Virus record (IMG/VR): IMGVR_UViG_3300025133_000023
Length of the DNA stretch: 64,000 nucleotides
Strand: one strand, 5' to 3'
DNA from: a virus
Position numbers and translations under genes: made by a program
Part shown: positions 39,444 through 48,521 of the stretch, in pieces
How positions within the stretch are numbered: position 1 is the first letter of the stretch
Layout: the number at the start of each line of letters is the position of its first letter
The notes under the pieces: generated by a model
The model's input: the letters and a program-made list of their open reading frames with translations, nothing else
What the model was told of the DNA's origin: nothing
Database searches by the model: none

Positions 39444-40109
39444 ATGACCATCATTGCACTCGACGGCAACGTCTCCCGCATGCCCGACATCAACAACGCG
39501 AACGACAAGTTCCACTTCGTCACCAAGGACGAGAGCAAGCGACGTGGTTGCCGGTTCTCCATGGCCTGTGGCTACGGTGACCGTCGCTGGTTCGCCAACG
39601 TCCTCGTCTTCGACCGCGAGAGCCTGCCCGAAGGCACGTTCCCCAACCGCTTCAAGCACGCTGCCACCTGGCTCATGTTCCACGCCAACCTCGGTACCCG
39701 CGTCAGCATGGACTGCCGCATCGAGGGTGAGACCCGCGAGGTCACGCAGTCCAAGGCGGGCTGGGGACGTTCGGGCGGAAGCACGACCAAGCAGTACCAG
39801 GGTATGACCTTCATCCCGGTCGGCGGCATCGACATCCACGAGCACAAGGGCGAGCGCAGCCTCCTGACGGCCCTCCGTCGGAACGCGACCAACCCCAAGG
39901 TCGTGGCGCTCTTCGACATGCTCACCGAGCAGGGCGACGAGGTCGAGCGCATCGGTCCCCAGGTGAACGAGGTCCCGCCCATCTGGGAGCAGCTGAGCGC
40001 GGTCGAAGCCATGCGCAACGACAACGAGAACTCCACGACGACCATCCCCACCGGCGATTCCACGGCCAAGACGGATGACGACGAGGACGAGGAAGAGATC
40101 CCCTTCTAG
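39444..40109 (+). CDS. ssb: Single-stranded DNA-binding protein-like
   Basis: OB-like N-terminus (IIALDGNVSRMP) and acidic tail DDDEDEEEIPF. Confidence 0.65.
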   Translation: MTIIALDGNVSRMPDINNANDKFHFVTKDESKRRGCRFSMACGYGDRRWFANVLVFDRESLPEGTFPNRFKHAATWLMFHANLGTRVSMDCRIEGETREVTQSKAGWGRSGGSTTKQYQGMTFIPVGGIDIHEHKGERSLLTALRRNATNPKVVALFDMLTEQGDEVERIGPQVNEVPPIWEQLSAVEAMRNDNENSTTTIPTGDSTAKTDDDEDEEEIPF

Positions 40110-40181
40110 GGAACCTCCTCAACCCCCCTGAGCCCACCAGCGAGCACAGGGATGACGGTGGCACAGGCATCGTGAACGAGA

Positions 40182-40213
40182 AAGGGTGCCCTAGGTCAAA
40201 CTGGGGCACCCTT
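40182..40213 (+). terminator. Hairpin ending the high-GC block
   Basis: AAGGGTGCCCTAG/CTGGGGCACCCTT followed by CGTTCTC; weak U-tract. Confidence 0.5.
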
Positions 40214-40427
40214 CGTTCTCATCCACCTTGCAAATCCTCACAAAAACAATCGGGCTCGAGTCAGGCGCAAAGCGCCCTCGGACCAAGCCCCTAGTTTTTC
40301 CCCCCTCTAGGTTTGAACAAGGTTTGAGCCAAGGTTTAAGAGAGGAAACTTCCTTATGCCTTGCCGTGACTATGTTCTTTTGTATTGTAAAAAGAGTACT
40401 TAGAAAAAACGAAAAGAGGGCTCACTA

Positions 40428-40640
40428 ATGGCTGACTTGAATATGGTAAAGACGCTTCTACGCGATCTCCAATTTAAGCTAGCTGGTAGTGAGTTCGACA
40501 CTGAAATCGCCTTGAGAGTCAATCAAGCCATTCATGAGATAGAAGAAGCAAATCAAAATATCAAGGCATTTCGTGAAGAGGATAGAGCGGAAGGACTTCG
40601 ACTGGGTTACACCAGCGGACAACCTTACGAGTTCACTTAA
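40428..40640 (+). CDS. Small hypothetical protein
   Basis: GAGGG RBS. Confidence 0.5.
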   Translation: MADLNMVKTLLRDLQFKLAGSEFDTEIALRVNQAIHEIEEANQNIKAFREEDRAEGLRLGYTSGQPYEFT

Positions 40641-40917
40641 CTTCACACCCCAAATAGGGCAGTCGTACTACGGAAGAGCCACACTTGCAAAACAAAGCCG
40701 TAAGAGCGCCAACACGCGAGGATGCTCAAGCGGAATGATTCAAGTAAAGCGAAGACTCCAACGACAGGTAGAACAAAAGGGACACGCGCGCGCAAGTTGA
40801 CTAGCTCATGAGAACGTAGACCCGTCTGAATTGCTACATCAATTATTCAGTCCTGGCCCAAGTGTAGGTGACGATAACCAAAACCTACTAGAGCGGGGGA
40901 CCCTTCAATGTGGTCTC

Positions 40918-40972
40918 GATAAGCCTAATAAGCCTAAGGCCCAATAAGCCTAAGGCCCAATAAGGCCAATAG
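40918..40972 (+). repeat. Tandem repeat AATAAGCCTAAGGCCC x2 plus partial copies
   Basis: Exact copies at 40927-40942 and 40943-40958. Confidence 0.75.
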
Positions 40973-41057
40973 AACTTCTACTGTCCCCGGATAAAGTAAC
41001 CTTCCGGGGGCAGTAGATCTATTTCAAAAGAATCATCTTAAAAACATGGAATGACTC

Positions 41058-41330
41058 ATGCCCATCAGTCGCCCTAAGAAGACCAACCTTTCCCTTTCCT
41101 ACCAGCCTGCCTTCGGTCGTATCCGTGTAGGCGGAAAGAAGTCTACACCTTCCGGCACCACCGAGAAGAGGATCGCCACACAGCGGCGTTCTGATGAAAA
41201 GTGGGCTCGCAAGAAGAAGCTTGCCTGGCGCAAGCGCAAGCGTGAATTGAAGGCCAAGATTTGCGAAGAAGCTAACATCAAGGCTCAGAACGATCTCGCA
41301 GAATCCATCGTTCAATCCATTTCCCTTTAA
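41058..41330 (+). CDS. Basic hypothetical protein
   Basis: 90 aa, Lys/Arg-rich. Confidence 0.55.
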   Translation: MPISRPKKTNLSLSYQPAFGRIRVGGKKSTPSGTTEKRIATQRRSDEKWARKKKLAWRKRKRELKAKICEEANIKAQNDLAESIVQSISL

Positions 41331-41511
41331 TCAAGGGGCTCTTGGGAAGAGCTTAAAAGCACCCTGGTGGAGGATGACGAGACCATCGTCGTCCCTAGAA
41401 TACAGATAAAGCCCTGCTCGCCACAGGCTAAGAAAGCTTCGATCAGTTGTCTTTCTTACCAGGCAGAGATAAGAAATAATCCCATTCCTGGGTGGGTAAA
41501 AGGAATCATAA

Positions 41512-41784
41512 ATGGCTCACCTCCGCACCTTGCTTATTCTTCTCACCCTCTTCCTCATGGTCAGTTGTGTCAGTCAGAACACCGCAACCTCCTACGCTCA
41601 GAGGGCCTACCCCGACTGCAGCAACTTCACTTCCCTGAACCACAGCTACAGTTCAGGTGACCAGAGCAACGGCTCCCAGACTGAGGTAAGCATGGTTTGC
41701 GGTGAGGCTAAGAAGTCCATCACTGTCAAGTGCATCCACGGCTGGGGCATCTTCTCCGACACCACCTGCCACGAGAACAACTAA
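41512..41784 (+). CDS. Small Cys-rich lipoprotein
   Basis: Signal peptide with lipobox-like MVSC. Confidence 0.6.
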   Translation: MAHLRTLLILLTLFLMVSCVSQNTATSYAQRAYPDCSNFTSLNHSYSSGDQSNGSQTEVSMVCGEAKKSITVKCIHGWGIFSDTTCHENN

Positions 41785-41848
41785 TCATTTTCTTTTCTGT
41801 TAGAATAAAAAATAACCTTGAGAGTGTATAGGCTAACTCCCAACTTTT

Positions 41849-42240
41849 GGGTCCGATAAGGTCTCGACAGGGTGATAATGCGGGGAAACCGCGTGGCAAA
41901 AGATGGTGGTTGTACCCACCAATAAAAACAATCGGCACTGAAAGCGCGCCACTTGCTCTCGCTGCCTAATAGGTAGCTAGAGTTAGTACTTGGGACTACG
42001 AGAGCCCAAGAGTAAGATGACAAAGTATGCCAGTATGCTTATTTTCTTGCTTAAACATTAACTGGCTAGTGGAACTTACATTGACGTTCTTCCTTGTAAA
42101 CCCAACGATAAAAACCCATCTAGAACTTGGTGCTAGAATCACCTAACCTTGTTTGCAGGTAAAATAATAGCTTACTAGGCCACGTAGACGTTGTACCAAA
42201 AACACTTTGGACGAGGGTTCGATTCCCTCCGGATCCACCA
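41849..42240 (+). ncRNA. ssrA: tmRNA
   Basis: Acceptor GGGTCCG/CGGATCC-A-CCA with G3.U70; T-arm GAGGG-TTCGATT-CCCTC; tag frame 41934-41969 encoding (A)GTESAPLALAA-stop. Confidence 0.92.
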
Positions 42241-42314
42241 AACAAACTGAGCTATTCCACCAACACCCCTGGTGAAGAAAAGCTCTTCTCGCACTTAATA
42301 AAAAAATTGACGGT

Positions 42315-42566
42315 GACAGTCTCCGCTCCACTTGGTAACCTTCAGGAAACCTCGTAACAAGGTTTGGTTTTAACCTTGGAGCAAGCCATTGAACGAGTCT
42401 ATTCTAGCGTGAGCACCTAGAGTTGTGACCTCTCTGGTAAAACCCAAACCTCGACGCACCCAATGACGATTGGGGATGGTGCATCACAATTCGGGATGCT
42501 TAATAGCCATTGATAACTAAGAAGCGTTTAATGAGGGACAATGGAGAAGCGCAACGGCATTCTGTC
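42315..42566 (+). ncRNA. Unclassified multibranch structured RNA candidate
   Basis: GACAG/CTGTC, TCTCC/GGAGA, GCTCCA/TGGAGC, TTGTGA/TCACAA stems and a crossing GGTTTGGTTTTA/TAAAACCCAAACC pairing. Confidence 0.45.
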
Positions 42567-42738
42567 TTATTATAGAAGCCATTTCCTAAAACCCTAAAAA
42601 TTCACTCCTATCTGCCTACCTAGAGAACAGACCAATGACTACCCTATACCTTCTCTTCCCCAACATGACAATTGACAAGTTCGAGTTTATCTCCTTGTGT
42701 GTTTGGTTGGCTGATAAGGCAAGTGGACTTAACTTGAT

Positions 42739-43038
42739 ATGACCGACATCGTTCTAATTGACTACAATGGTCCAGCCGTAGAGAAACCGAGAGTTCGTCA
42801 ACTCGATAACTGGATCTTCTGCTTTGCTGGCGGAAGTAAGGTTTTTCTTAAGGGCGGTATAATCTCCGAAAACGGAGTACCAATCCCAGAAGATCAAATT
42901 CGACTCACAACAACAAGCTTCATCGCTAAGATTGAAGGGCGTATCGCAATTACAGAGTCTGGTAGTCGTTACGAACTACTAACTCCGATCGACCCCAAGC
43001 AAGAAGAAGCCCTTCTCCTGATTAGCTCTTCGGGGTAG
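42739..43038 (+). CDS. Hypothetical protein
   Basis: 99 aa; its TAG stop lies inside the following tRNA gene. Confidence 0.55.
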   Translation: MTDIVLIDYNGPAVEKPRVRQLDNWIFCFAGGSKVFLKGGIISENGVPIPEDQIRLTTTSFIAKIEGRIAITESGSRYELLTPIDPKQEEALLLISSSG

Positions 43039-43108
43039 TAGTTCAGTGGCCTAGGGCGGCAGCTTCTAAACCTGTGCGGCGAGGGTTCGAATCCCTCTTA
43101 CCCCGCCA
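43032..43108 (+). tRNA. tRNA with CUA anticodon (amber suppressor type)
   Basis: GGGGTAG/TTACCCC-G-CCA; D GTTC/GGGC; anticodon stem GCAG(C)/(C)CTGT with loop TT-CTA-AA; T GAGGG/CCCTC. Confidence 0.75.
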
Positions 43109-43128
43109 CACCAGAGAACAAGCCTTTA

Positions 43129-43755
43129 ATGGACTATTGTAACCTAGCAGAAAAGTGCAAAGGAATTTGGCCTGTTCGTATTGAAAAGTCAACCATTCTT
43201 ACTTATCCAATCATGCCCCTGGATGTGAGAGTTGTTCTTGTCACTACGGAAGAAGCCTGTAACAAGGCTATTGTCCATATCCGACAGTACAGAGTCACTG
43301 GCGTTGATACTGAAACCAAACCAACCTTCGTCAAAGGCAAGAAAAACAAGATTGCCCTGGTCCAAGTCGCTCTCCCAGGAATCATTTACTTGTTTAGAGT
43401 AAATATCATGGGTATTCCTCAAAGCTTGTGGAACTTTTTTGAAGATCCCAGCCTTATCAAAATAGGGATGGGACTTAACAGTGATATGAATCAGCTTCGG
43501 TCATTCAATCCCAACTTTAAACCTGCAGGGTTCATTGACTTGGGAAAAATTGCCAAGGCTGGTGGAATCATTACTTTTGGATTGAGAAATCTCGTAGGGA
43601 TTTTTCTCCAGCAACGACTTCCCAAAACTTTCCAAACTTCCAACTGGGAAGCAGAAAATCTAGGAAAAGGCCAAGTCATCTACGCTGCACGAGATGCGTG
43701 GGCTTGCCTCATCCTGTTCTACAAAATGACAGCTCAGATAGTTGTTAGTAGTTAA
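43129..43755 (+). CDS. 3'-5' exonuclease (WRN/RNase D-like, DEDDy)
   Basis: GVDTE, VQVA, KIGMGLNSD, IDL..GLRNL, SNWE..YAARDAW. Confidence 0.9.
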   Translation: MDYCNLAEKCKGIWPVRIEKSTILTYPIMPLDVRVVLVTTEEACNKAIVHIRQYRVTGVDTETKPTFVKGKKNKIALVQVALPGIIYLFRVNIMGIPQSLWNFFEDPSLIKIGMGLNSDMNQLRSFNPNFKPAGFIDLGKIAKAGGIITFGLRNLVGIFLQQRLPKTFQTSNWEAENLGKGQVIYAARDAWACLILFYKMTAQIVVSS

Positions 43756-43934
43756 ATATTTGACCTCCTAGAACGACCGCTCGAACTAGGCTGGTCTCCC
43801 CTGAAGACCCTGGACCAAATAACTAAGGGAACAAGGCCCGGCACGCTCATCTCTACCGGTGGATGAACTCGGACGCACAACCGTCAAATCAAGTGTCTAA
43901 CTCTTCAGGGCAGCATCACAAGGAGTAATTCGTA

Positions 43935-45065
43935 ATGTTCTTTACCCGAGAAACACACCCCAGTCAGGTACACATGCTCAACGCACACGACGGGGAAGCT
44001 CTTCTCTCGGTGGTAGAGTTTACCTACGAGACTCTTCATAGCAGCGTAGCTGTTATCATTCCTGTTCACACAAACGACGCTATCACCCTGCACGAAGTCC
44101 CTCAAGACTTCTTCGATAGCATCAACGCTCTCACGGAAAACAACAAGCTCCCGTGCTCAGCAGGAACCCCCTTCCTTCAGCAAAGCGTAGACATTCGCAT
44201 CATCGAGAATCCCAACCTTCTGGGAATCAAGTGTGCCGACATCTACGTAAATCCAGCAACCCTGGAAAACTTGCTCGATGAGTATGGCATCAACTACAAG
44301 TACATCATCATCAAGCTCCCCAAGGGTAAAGCTCGCGTTCCGCCAATCGCCTTCAGCTGCACTCCTTTCACAAGACGAAACATTTTCCTCACGCGCCAAG
44401 CTCGGGAAAATGGAATTCCTCTCTTTGCCTACTTCAACGACACTCTCTACTGGACAGCATCCAAGGGGGCAGACGCCATCTCCTCCCTTGTCACTCCCAA
44501 GAACACCTTTGACGTAGTAAACCTTCCAGCCTATGTTATCGCTGAAGCTCGTTTTGGCGGTGAAAACTTTGAAGATTGGCTAGAAGACCTTCCCGAGGGA
44601 ATTGGTGAGTTCTTCACTTGCGACGACGAGCTCCTTGGTGTTCACTATCAGGGAATGCTTCCTAATGGAACCATCATGGCTCGTGGCGTTAATACTCACT
44701 ATGTCAACAGCTTCGAAGAAGAAGAAACAGAGGAAGAAGACGATGACTTCTGCGGCGATCCTGACTGTGAGTCATGCTATCCTCTTGAAGAGGAAGAAGA
44801 GCCTGCTTCAGTAGACCCCCCCGAAGCTCCAATCTTCTTAAAGGAAGAAAATCTTCCTCCAGTTCCTCCTATTTCTTCCGATTACACCTTGAAGAAAGAC
44901 TGGACAAAGCTACTCAAGAACGAAGTGATCAAGGCACCATCAAGCATTGGAAAGAACTACTCCGACGACAAGATAAAAGAAAAGTATCTCACCGAATACG
45001 AAGCTATCTTTATCAAGCCCTCCACTTACGCGAAAACGATCGTGAAGCCTCTCGACCCCAAGTAA
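43935..45065 (+). CDS. Hypothetical acidic protein
   Basis: 376 aa; AAGGAG RBS. Confidence 0.6.
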   Translation: MFFTRETHPSQVHMLNAHDGEALLSVVEFTYETLHSSVAVIIPVHTNDAITLHEVPQDFFDSINALTENNKLPCSAGTPFLQQSVDIRIIENPNLLGIKCADIYVNPATLENLLDEYGINYKYIIIKLPKGKARVPPIAFSCTPFTRRNIFLTRQARENGIPLFAYFNDTLYWTASKGADAISSLVTPKNTFDVVNLPAYVIAEARFGGENFEDWLEDLPEGIGEFFTCDDELLGVHYQGMLPNGTIMARGVNTHYVNSFEEEETEEEDDDFCGDPDCESCYPLEEEEEPASVDPPEAPIFLKEENLPPVPPISSDYTLKKDWTKLLKNEVIKAPSSIGKNYSDDKIKEKYLTEYEAIFIKPSTYAKTIVKPLDPK

Positions 45066-45090
45066 TCAACCCACAACCCCCGGATTCAAT

Positions 45091-45669
45091 ATGGCCCATC
45101 ATGGCCCCACTGTCCTCTTTTTCGCAGTCTCCGACGAGGGAGCGCTCCGTGCGTTCGCCCTTGACAGCCAGACGGTTCGAGAACTGAACCATCATTCAGT
45201 CCTTGAAGCCGATAATTGGCAGCATGCTCGAGTGCTAGCACAAAACATCTGTGTTTCCTCTCAGAAGGTTGTTGTCCTCTACTGGCAGAAGCCTTGGCTG
45301 AATAAGATTGCCTCTTTCCGAAGCATGTTCGAACCTCGAACCTCTCTTCACATCCCTTACACGATTCAGGTCGATAGTAAGGGAACCATGTTCCACACCT
45401 CTCACACTCCCAAGGCGGATGACAATGGGAACCTCGTTTATGACGAAAAGGGAATGCGTATCATGCTTCCTTCCCCTGGAATTCAGGGAACACTTACCAT
45501 GGACGAATCCCAACACAAGGTGGGACTTCCTTCTTCCTACATCATGAACAAGGAGAAGCGAGGTCACTCCCGAGTCATGGAAACGGAGTACGGAACCAGC
45601 TACAACCTGTTGACCACTTCCGAGGAATCCTCCGGCAAACGCTCTCGGCGCAAGCCTCGAAAGAAGTAG
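45091..45669 (+). CDS. Hypothetical protein
   Basis: 192 aa. Confidence 0.6.
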   Translation: MAHHGPTVLFFAVSDEGALRAFALDSQTVRELNHHSVLEADNWQHARVLAQNICVSSQKVVVLYWQKPWLNKIASFRSMFEPRTSLHIPYTIQVDSKGTMFHTSHTPKADDNGNLVYDEKGMRIMLPSPGIQGTLTMDESQHKVGLPSSYIMNKEKRGHSRVMETEYGTSYNLLTTSEESSGKRSRRKPRKK

Positions 45670-45698
45670 TTGACAACCCAAGGTTTCTCGATTACTTT
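45670..45698 (+). promoter_or_regulatory. Sigma70-type promoter
   Basis: TTGACA-17 nt-TACTTT upstream of the ACAGCAA RNAs and the DUF2828-like gene. Confidence 0.6.
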
Positions 45699-45720
45699 GG
45701 TTAGTTCGTAAAAAAAATAA

Positions 45721-45768
45721 GGGTGCTTACAGCAATTCTAAAAAACTGCAACCAAGATTAAAGCACTT
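45721..45768 (+). ncRNA. ACAGCAA-motif small RNA, copy 1
   Basis: GGGTGCTT/AAGCACTT closing stem, TACAGCAA motif. Confidence 0.55.
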
Positions 45769-45863
45769 CATGGCCTAAGAACCAGAAGTCCGGGTATGCA
45801 AAAGCCCCGGACGCACCCTGTTCAATCTCAACAAAAAGGTGGGTTTAAGGCCCTCCACTTACA

Positions 45864-45928
45864 AGGGTACTTCCAGCAAACCAAAACTCAAGTCAAATCC
45901 AAATTCTTTGACGAGAAACCAGTACCCT
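45864..45928 (+). ncRNA. ACAGCAA-motif small RNA, copy 2
   Basis: AGGGTACT/AGTACCCT stem, TCCAGCAA motif, inner GTCAAA/TTTGAC hairpin. Confidence 0.55.
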
Positions 45929-45941
45929 GGAGATAAATACA

Positions 45942-47519
45942 ATGAGCCGATTCATGGACGCCCTCAAGGGCAAGACCGCACGAACTTCTTCCACTACGAC
46001 TCCTCAGCGAGTCAAGGCTGTTAAGGTTCCAACCGAAGTAGCACTACTTCAGCGCACCGACTACACGGGTGGACGCACGGCTAACGCCGCTGTGACTCAC
46101 TCCACGTCTCAGAGCGCTCTGGTCGACCTGTTCTTCCAGATTGGTGCTATGCGGAACGTGCCTGCGCGTAACCGTGCAGAGGAATTCCTCAAGGCTTATC
46201 GTCTCAATCCCCTGGACGCTCTCCGAATGATCTTCTACGCACGTGATGTGCGTGGTGGACAGGGTGAGCGTGAGACCTTCCGTGTCATGTTCCGGGTTCT
46301 CTGCCTGGAAGACCCAGCAGTAGCCGCACTCAACCTGCACCTTGTGCCGGTGTACGGTCGCTGGGATGACATGTACGTAACTCAGGGGACCACTCTGGAA
46401 GCAGGTGCCGTCAACCTGTGGGCAACCGCCATCAAGGCCAAAGATGGCCTCGCTTGCAAGTGGGCTCCTCGTGAGAAGAGCGCACGAAGCGAGTGGGCTC
46501 TGCGTCTGCGAAACGCTCTCGGCTGGTCTGCCAAGGCCTACCGAAAGTTTATCGCAGCCAACTCCAAGACTGTTGAACAGGCCATGTGCGCTGGTGATTG
46601 GGAAACCATCACCTATGAGCACGTTCCTGCTCAGGCCATGAGCCGTCTGCGTAAGGCTTTTGCCAAGCACGATGGTGAGCGGTTCACCGCATTCAAGGGC
46701 GCAGTCAAGTACGGCAAGACCAAGATCAACGCGGGGACGGCAATTCATCCTCACGAGATCCTTGCCATGATGCGCACCACCGGCACCCGGAGCTACCGCC
46801 ATGGCTACGGCTACGGCTACGCTGGTAACGCTACCTACAGGCATGACGACACTCTGGAACTTCAGTGGAAGGCCCTCAAGGACTTCGCTGGAAAGAGTGG
46901 CCGAAATGCTCTGGTTGTCACCGATGTGTCTGGTTCCATGGAAATTCGGCTTGCCGACTCCAAGGCTCAGATCATTGACGTTGCCATTGCCATCGCAGTT
47001 TACTGTGGTGAGCGACTCAGTGGCCCCTACAAGGACCACGCTGTAACGTTTAGTGACAAGCCCACTCTGGTTGACTTCTCCAAGGAGAAGACCCTTGCTG
47101 CCAAGGCAACCAAGGTTGGCACTGCCAACTGGGCAGGTAGCACCAACATCGAAGCAGTATTCGACCTGATTCTCGGAGCCGCAGTTCGCTACGGCCTGAC
47201 TCAGGATGAGCTTCCCTCTACCCTCATCGTTGTCTCCGATATGGAGTTCAACCACGCGGGCAGAGGCACCAACTACGCAAAGGCTGCAAACAAGTTTGCT
47301 CAGGCAGGCTTCAAGCTCCCCGAGATCGTTTGGTGGAACGTCAACGCTCGACCCGGCAACAACCCGGTTCGCAAGCACGAGACGGGAACGGCTCTCATCA
47401 GTGGCTACAGCCCAAGCATTCTCTCGCAAGTCCTGGGGTCTGACCTCATGACGCCTGAGCGAGTTATGCGAAAGGTTCTCGATGGCCAGCGATACGAAGC
47501 TGTTCGAATCCAGAGTTGA
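45942..47519 (+). CDS. DUF2828-like protein (TROVE/Ro60-like helical domain plus vWA)
   Basis: FYARDVRGGQGER, YGRWDD, CKWAPRE, vWA MIDAS VVTDVSGSM and IVVSDMEF, WNV. Confidence 0.85.
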   Translation: MSRFMDALKGKTARTSSTTTPQRVKAVKVPTEVALLQRTDYTGGRTANAAVTHSTSQSALVDLFFQIGAMRNVPARNRAEEFLKAYRLNPLDALRMIFYARDVRGGQGERETFRVMFRVLCLEDPAVAALNLHLVPVYGRWDDMYVTQGTTLEAGAVNLWATAIKAKDGLACKWAPREKSARSEWALRLRNALGWSAKAYRKFIAANSKTVEQAMCAGDWETITYEHVPAQAMSRLRKAFAKHDGERFTAFKGAVKYGKTKINAGTAIHPHEILAMMRTTGTRSYRHGYGYGYAGNATYRHDDTLELQWKALKDFAGKSGRNALVVTDVSGSMEIRLADSKAQIIDVAIAIAVYCGERLSGPYKDHAVTFSDKPTLVDFSKEKTLAAKATKVGTANWAGSTNIEAVFDLILGAAVRYGLTQDELPSTLIVVSDMEFNHAGRGTNYAKAANKFAQAGFKLPEIVWWNVNARPGNNPVRKHETGTALISGYSPSILSQVLGSDLMTPERVMRKVLDGQRYEAVRIQS

Positions 47520-47541
47520 GGGTTAACTCCCCCGTAAAAAG

Positions 47542-47577
47542 GACCCCCTCTTCACTAGCGATAGCGGAGAGGGGGTT
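47542..47577 (+). terminator. Hairpin after the DUF2828-like gene
   Basis: GACCCCCTCT..AGAGGGGGTT. Confidence 0.5.
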
Positions 47578-47598
47578 CACTACATTAGAAAGAACTCC

Positions 47599-48129
47599 AT
47601 GTTTGACGAACAGGCTTCAACTCTCGGTGCACTGCTGGAAACCCTCGGAGCTATTCTCCTTGTTGGAGACTGGAATGCTGGTGGAGCTCCCACAGCCTAC
47701 ATCAGCCAATTCAGTGAGAACTGGGAACATTTGGCTCTAGGTTTGACCGTCGGAACCTATGAGTTTGCAGAGTTGATGGGAATGCAACGCGCCAACATCA
47801 CCTCCAGAATCAACCTCGATGCCAAAGCAGCTTCTGCTCTTGCTGACAATTTGTGGATTCGCTTCCACGAAGCAGCATCCCAAAGCCATACCGTTTGTGT
47901 TGGAACGGTACTCGATCCCGAAGCAAGGGAAGGCTACGTCAAGGTAGTCATTCGTGACCAGAGCGGTGAGATCCTCGATCAAACCTGCTCCTTCATTGGG
48001 CTTGAAGCCGATGAAGTTAAACACGATGTTGCCCAAAATCAAGACACCATTGCCCGTTATGTCATCGAAAGCATTCACGAAACCCTAGTTGGTTTCGTTA
48101 ATGCTGTTCTCAGCGACAATCAGGAGTAG
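47599..48129 (+). CDS. Hypothetical protein
   Basis: 176 aa. Confidence 0.55.
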   Translation: MFDEQASTLGALLETLGAILLVGDWNAGGAPTAYISQFSENWEHLALGLTVGTYEFAELMGMQRANITSRINLDAKAASALADNLWIRFHEAASQSHTVCVGTVLDPEAREGYVKVVIRDQSGEILDQTCSFIGLEADEVKHDVAQNQDTIARYVIESIHETLVGFVNAVLSDNQE

Positions 48130-48132
48130 CTC

Positions 48133-48495
48133 ATGACTCTTCTCATCGGCCTTATCGTCGTAGCCTTCATCACTGCTTTCCTTGTCGGGAAAGAATCCCT
48201 TCCTGTTCCGCAAGAGACAACTCCCTACATCAGAATGGATGGATTCTTGTCCACCTATCCTGATCGTTGGATGTGGGATGACAAGGAAATCGCTCCTCGT
48301 AGGGTTCTTCGTATCGACTATCCCGAAGGCGCCTCTTTCAACAACCTTCTCGATGACACCGTCTATCAATGGATCTATGTCGGAGAAGAAGACTTCGATC
48401 TCGGATTCGAGTGTGACCTCTTTGGGGTCTACGGTGAAGCTTACTCTCCCGTAGTGGAAGAGGAAATCCCGCCCATCAATCCAAGTCTCGACTGA
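48133..48495 (+). CDS. Membrane-anchored hypothetical protein
   Basis: AGGAG RBS; N-terminal TM. Confidence 0.55.
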   Translation: MTLLIGLIVVAFITAFLVGKESLPVPQETTPYIRMDGFLSTYPDRWMWDDKEIAPRRVLRIDYPEGASFNNLLDDTVYQWIYVGEEDFDLGFECDLFGVYGEAYSPVVEEEIPPINPSLD

Positions 48496-48521
48496 TTCTT
48501 CTTCAGAGTAAAACGTTTACG

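Noticed and set aside
31281-40972. CRISPR array at the 31281 or 40918 repeats
   Set aside because: Only 2-3 abutting copies without unique spacers; no cas genes
42315-42566. RNase P RNA or group I/II intron
   Set aside because: The P4 GAAAGUCC/CGGCUUA core, the group I P7 elements and group II domain V are not found
43032-43108. Reading this tRNA as Arg(UCU) or as tRNA-Pyl
   Set aside because: The UCU register leaves the anticodon stem unpaired; canonical D/T loops and arm lengths differ from tRNA-Pyl, and no pyl genes are in the window
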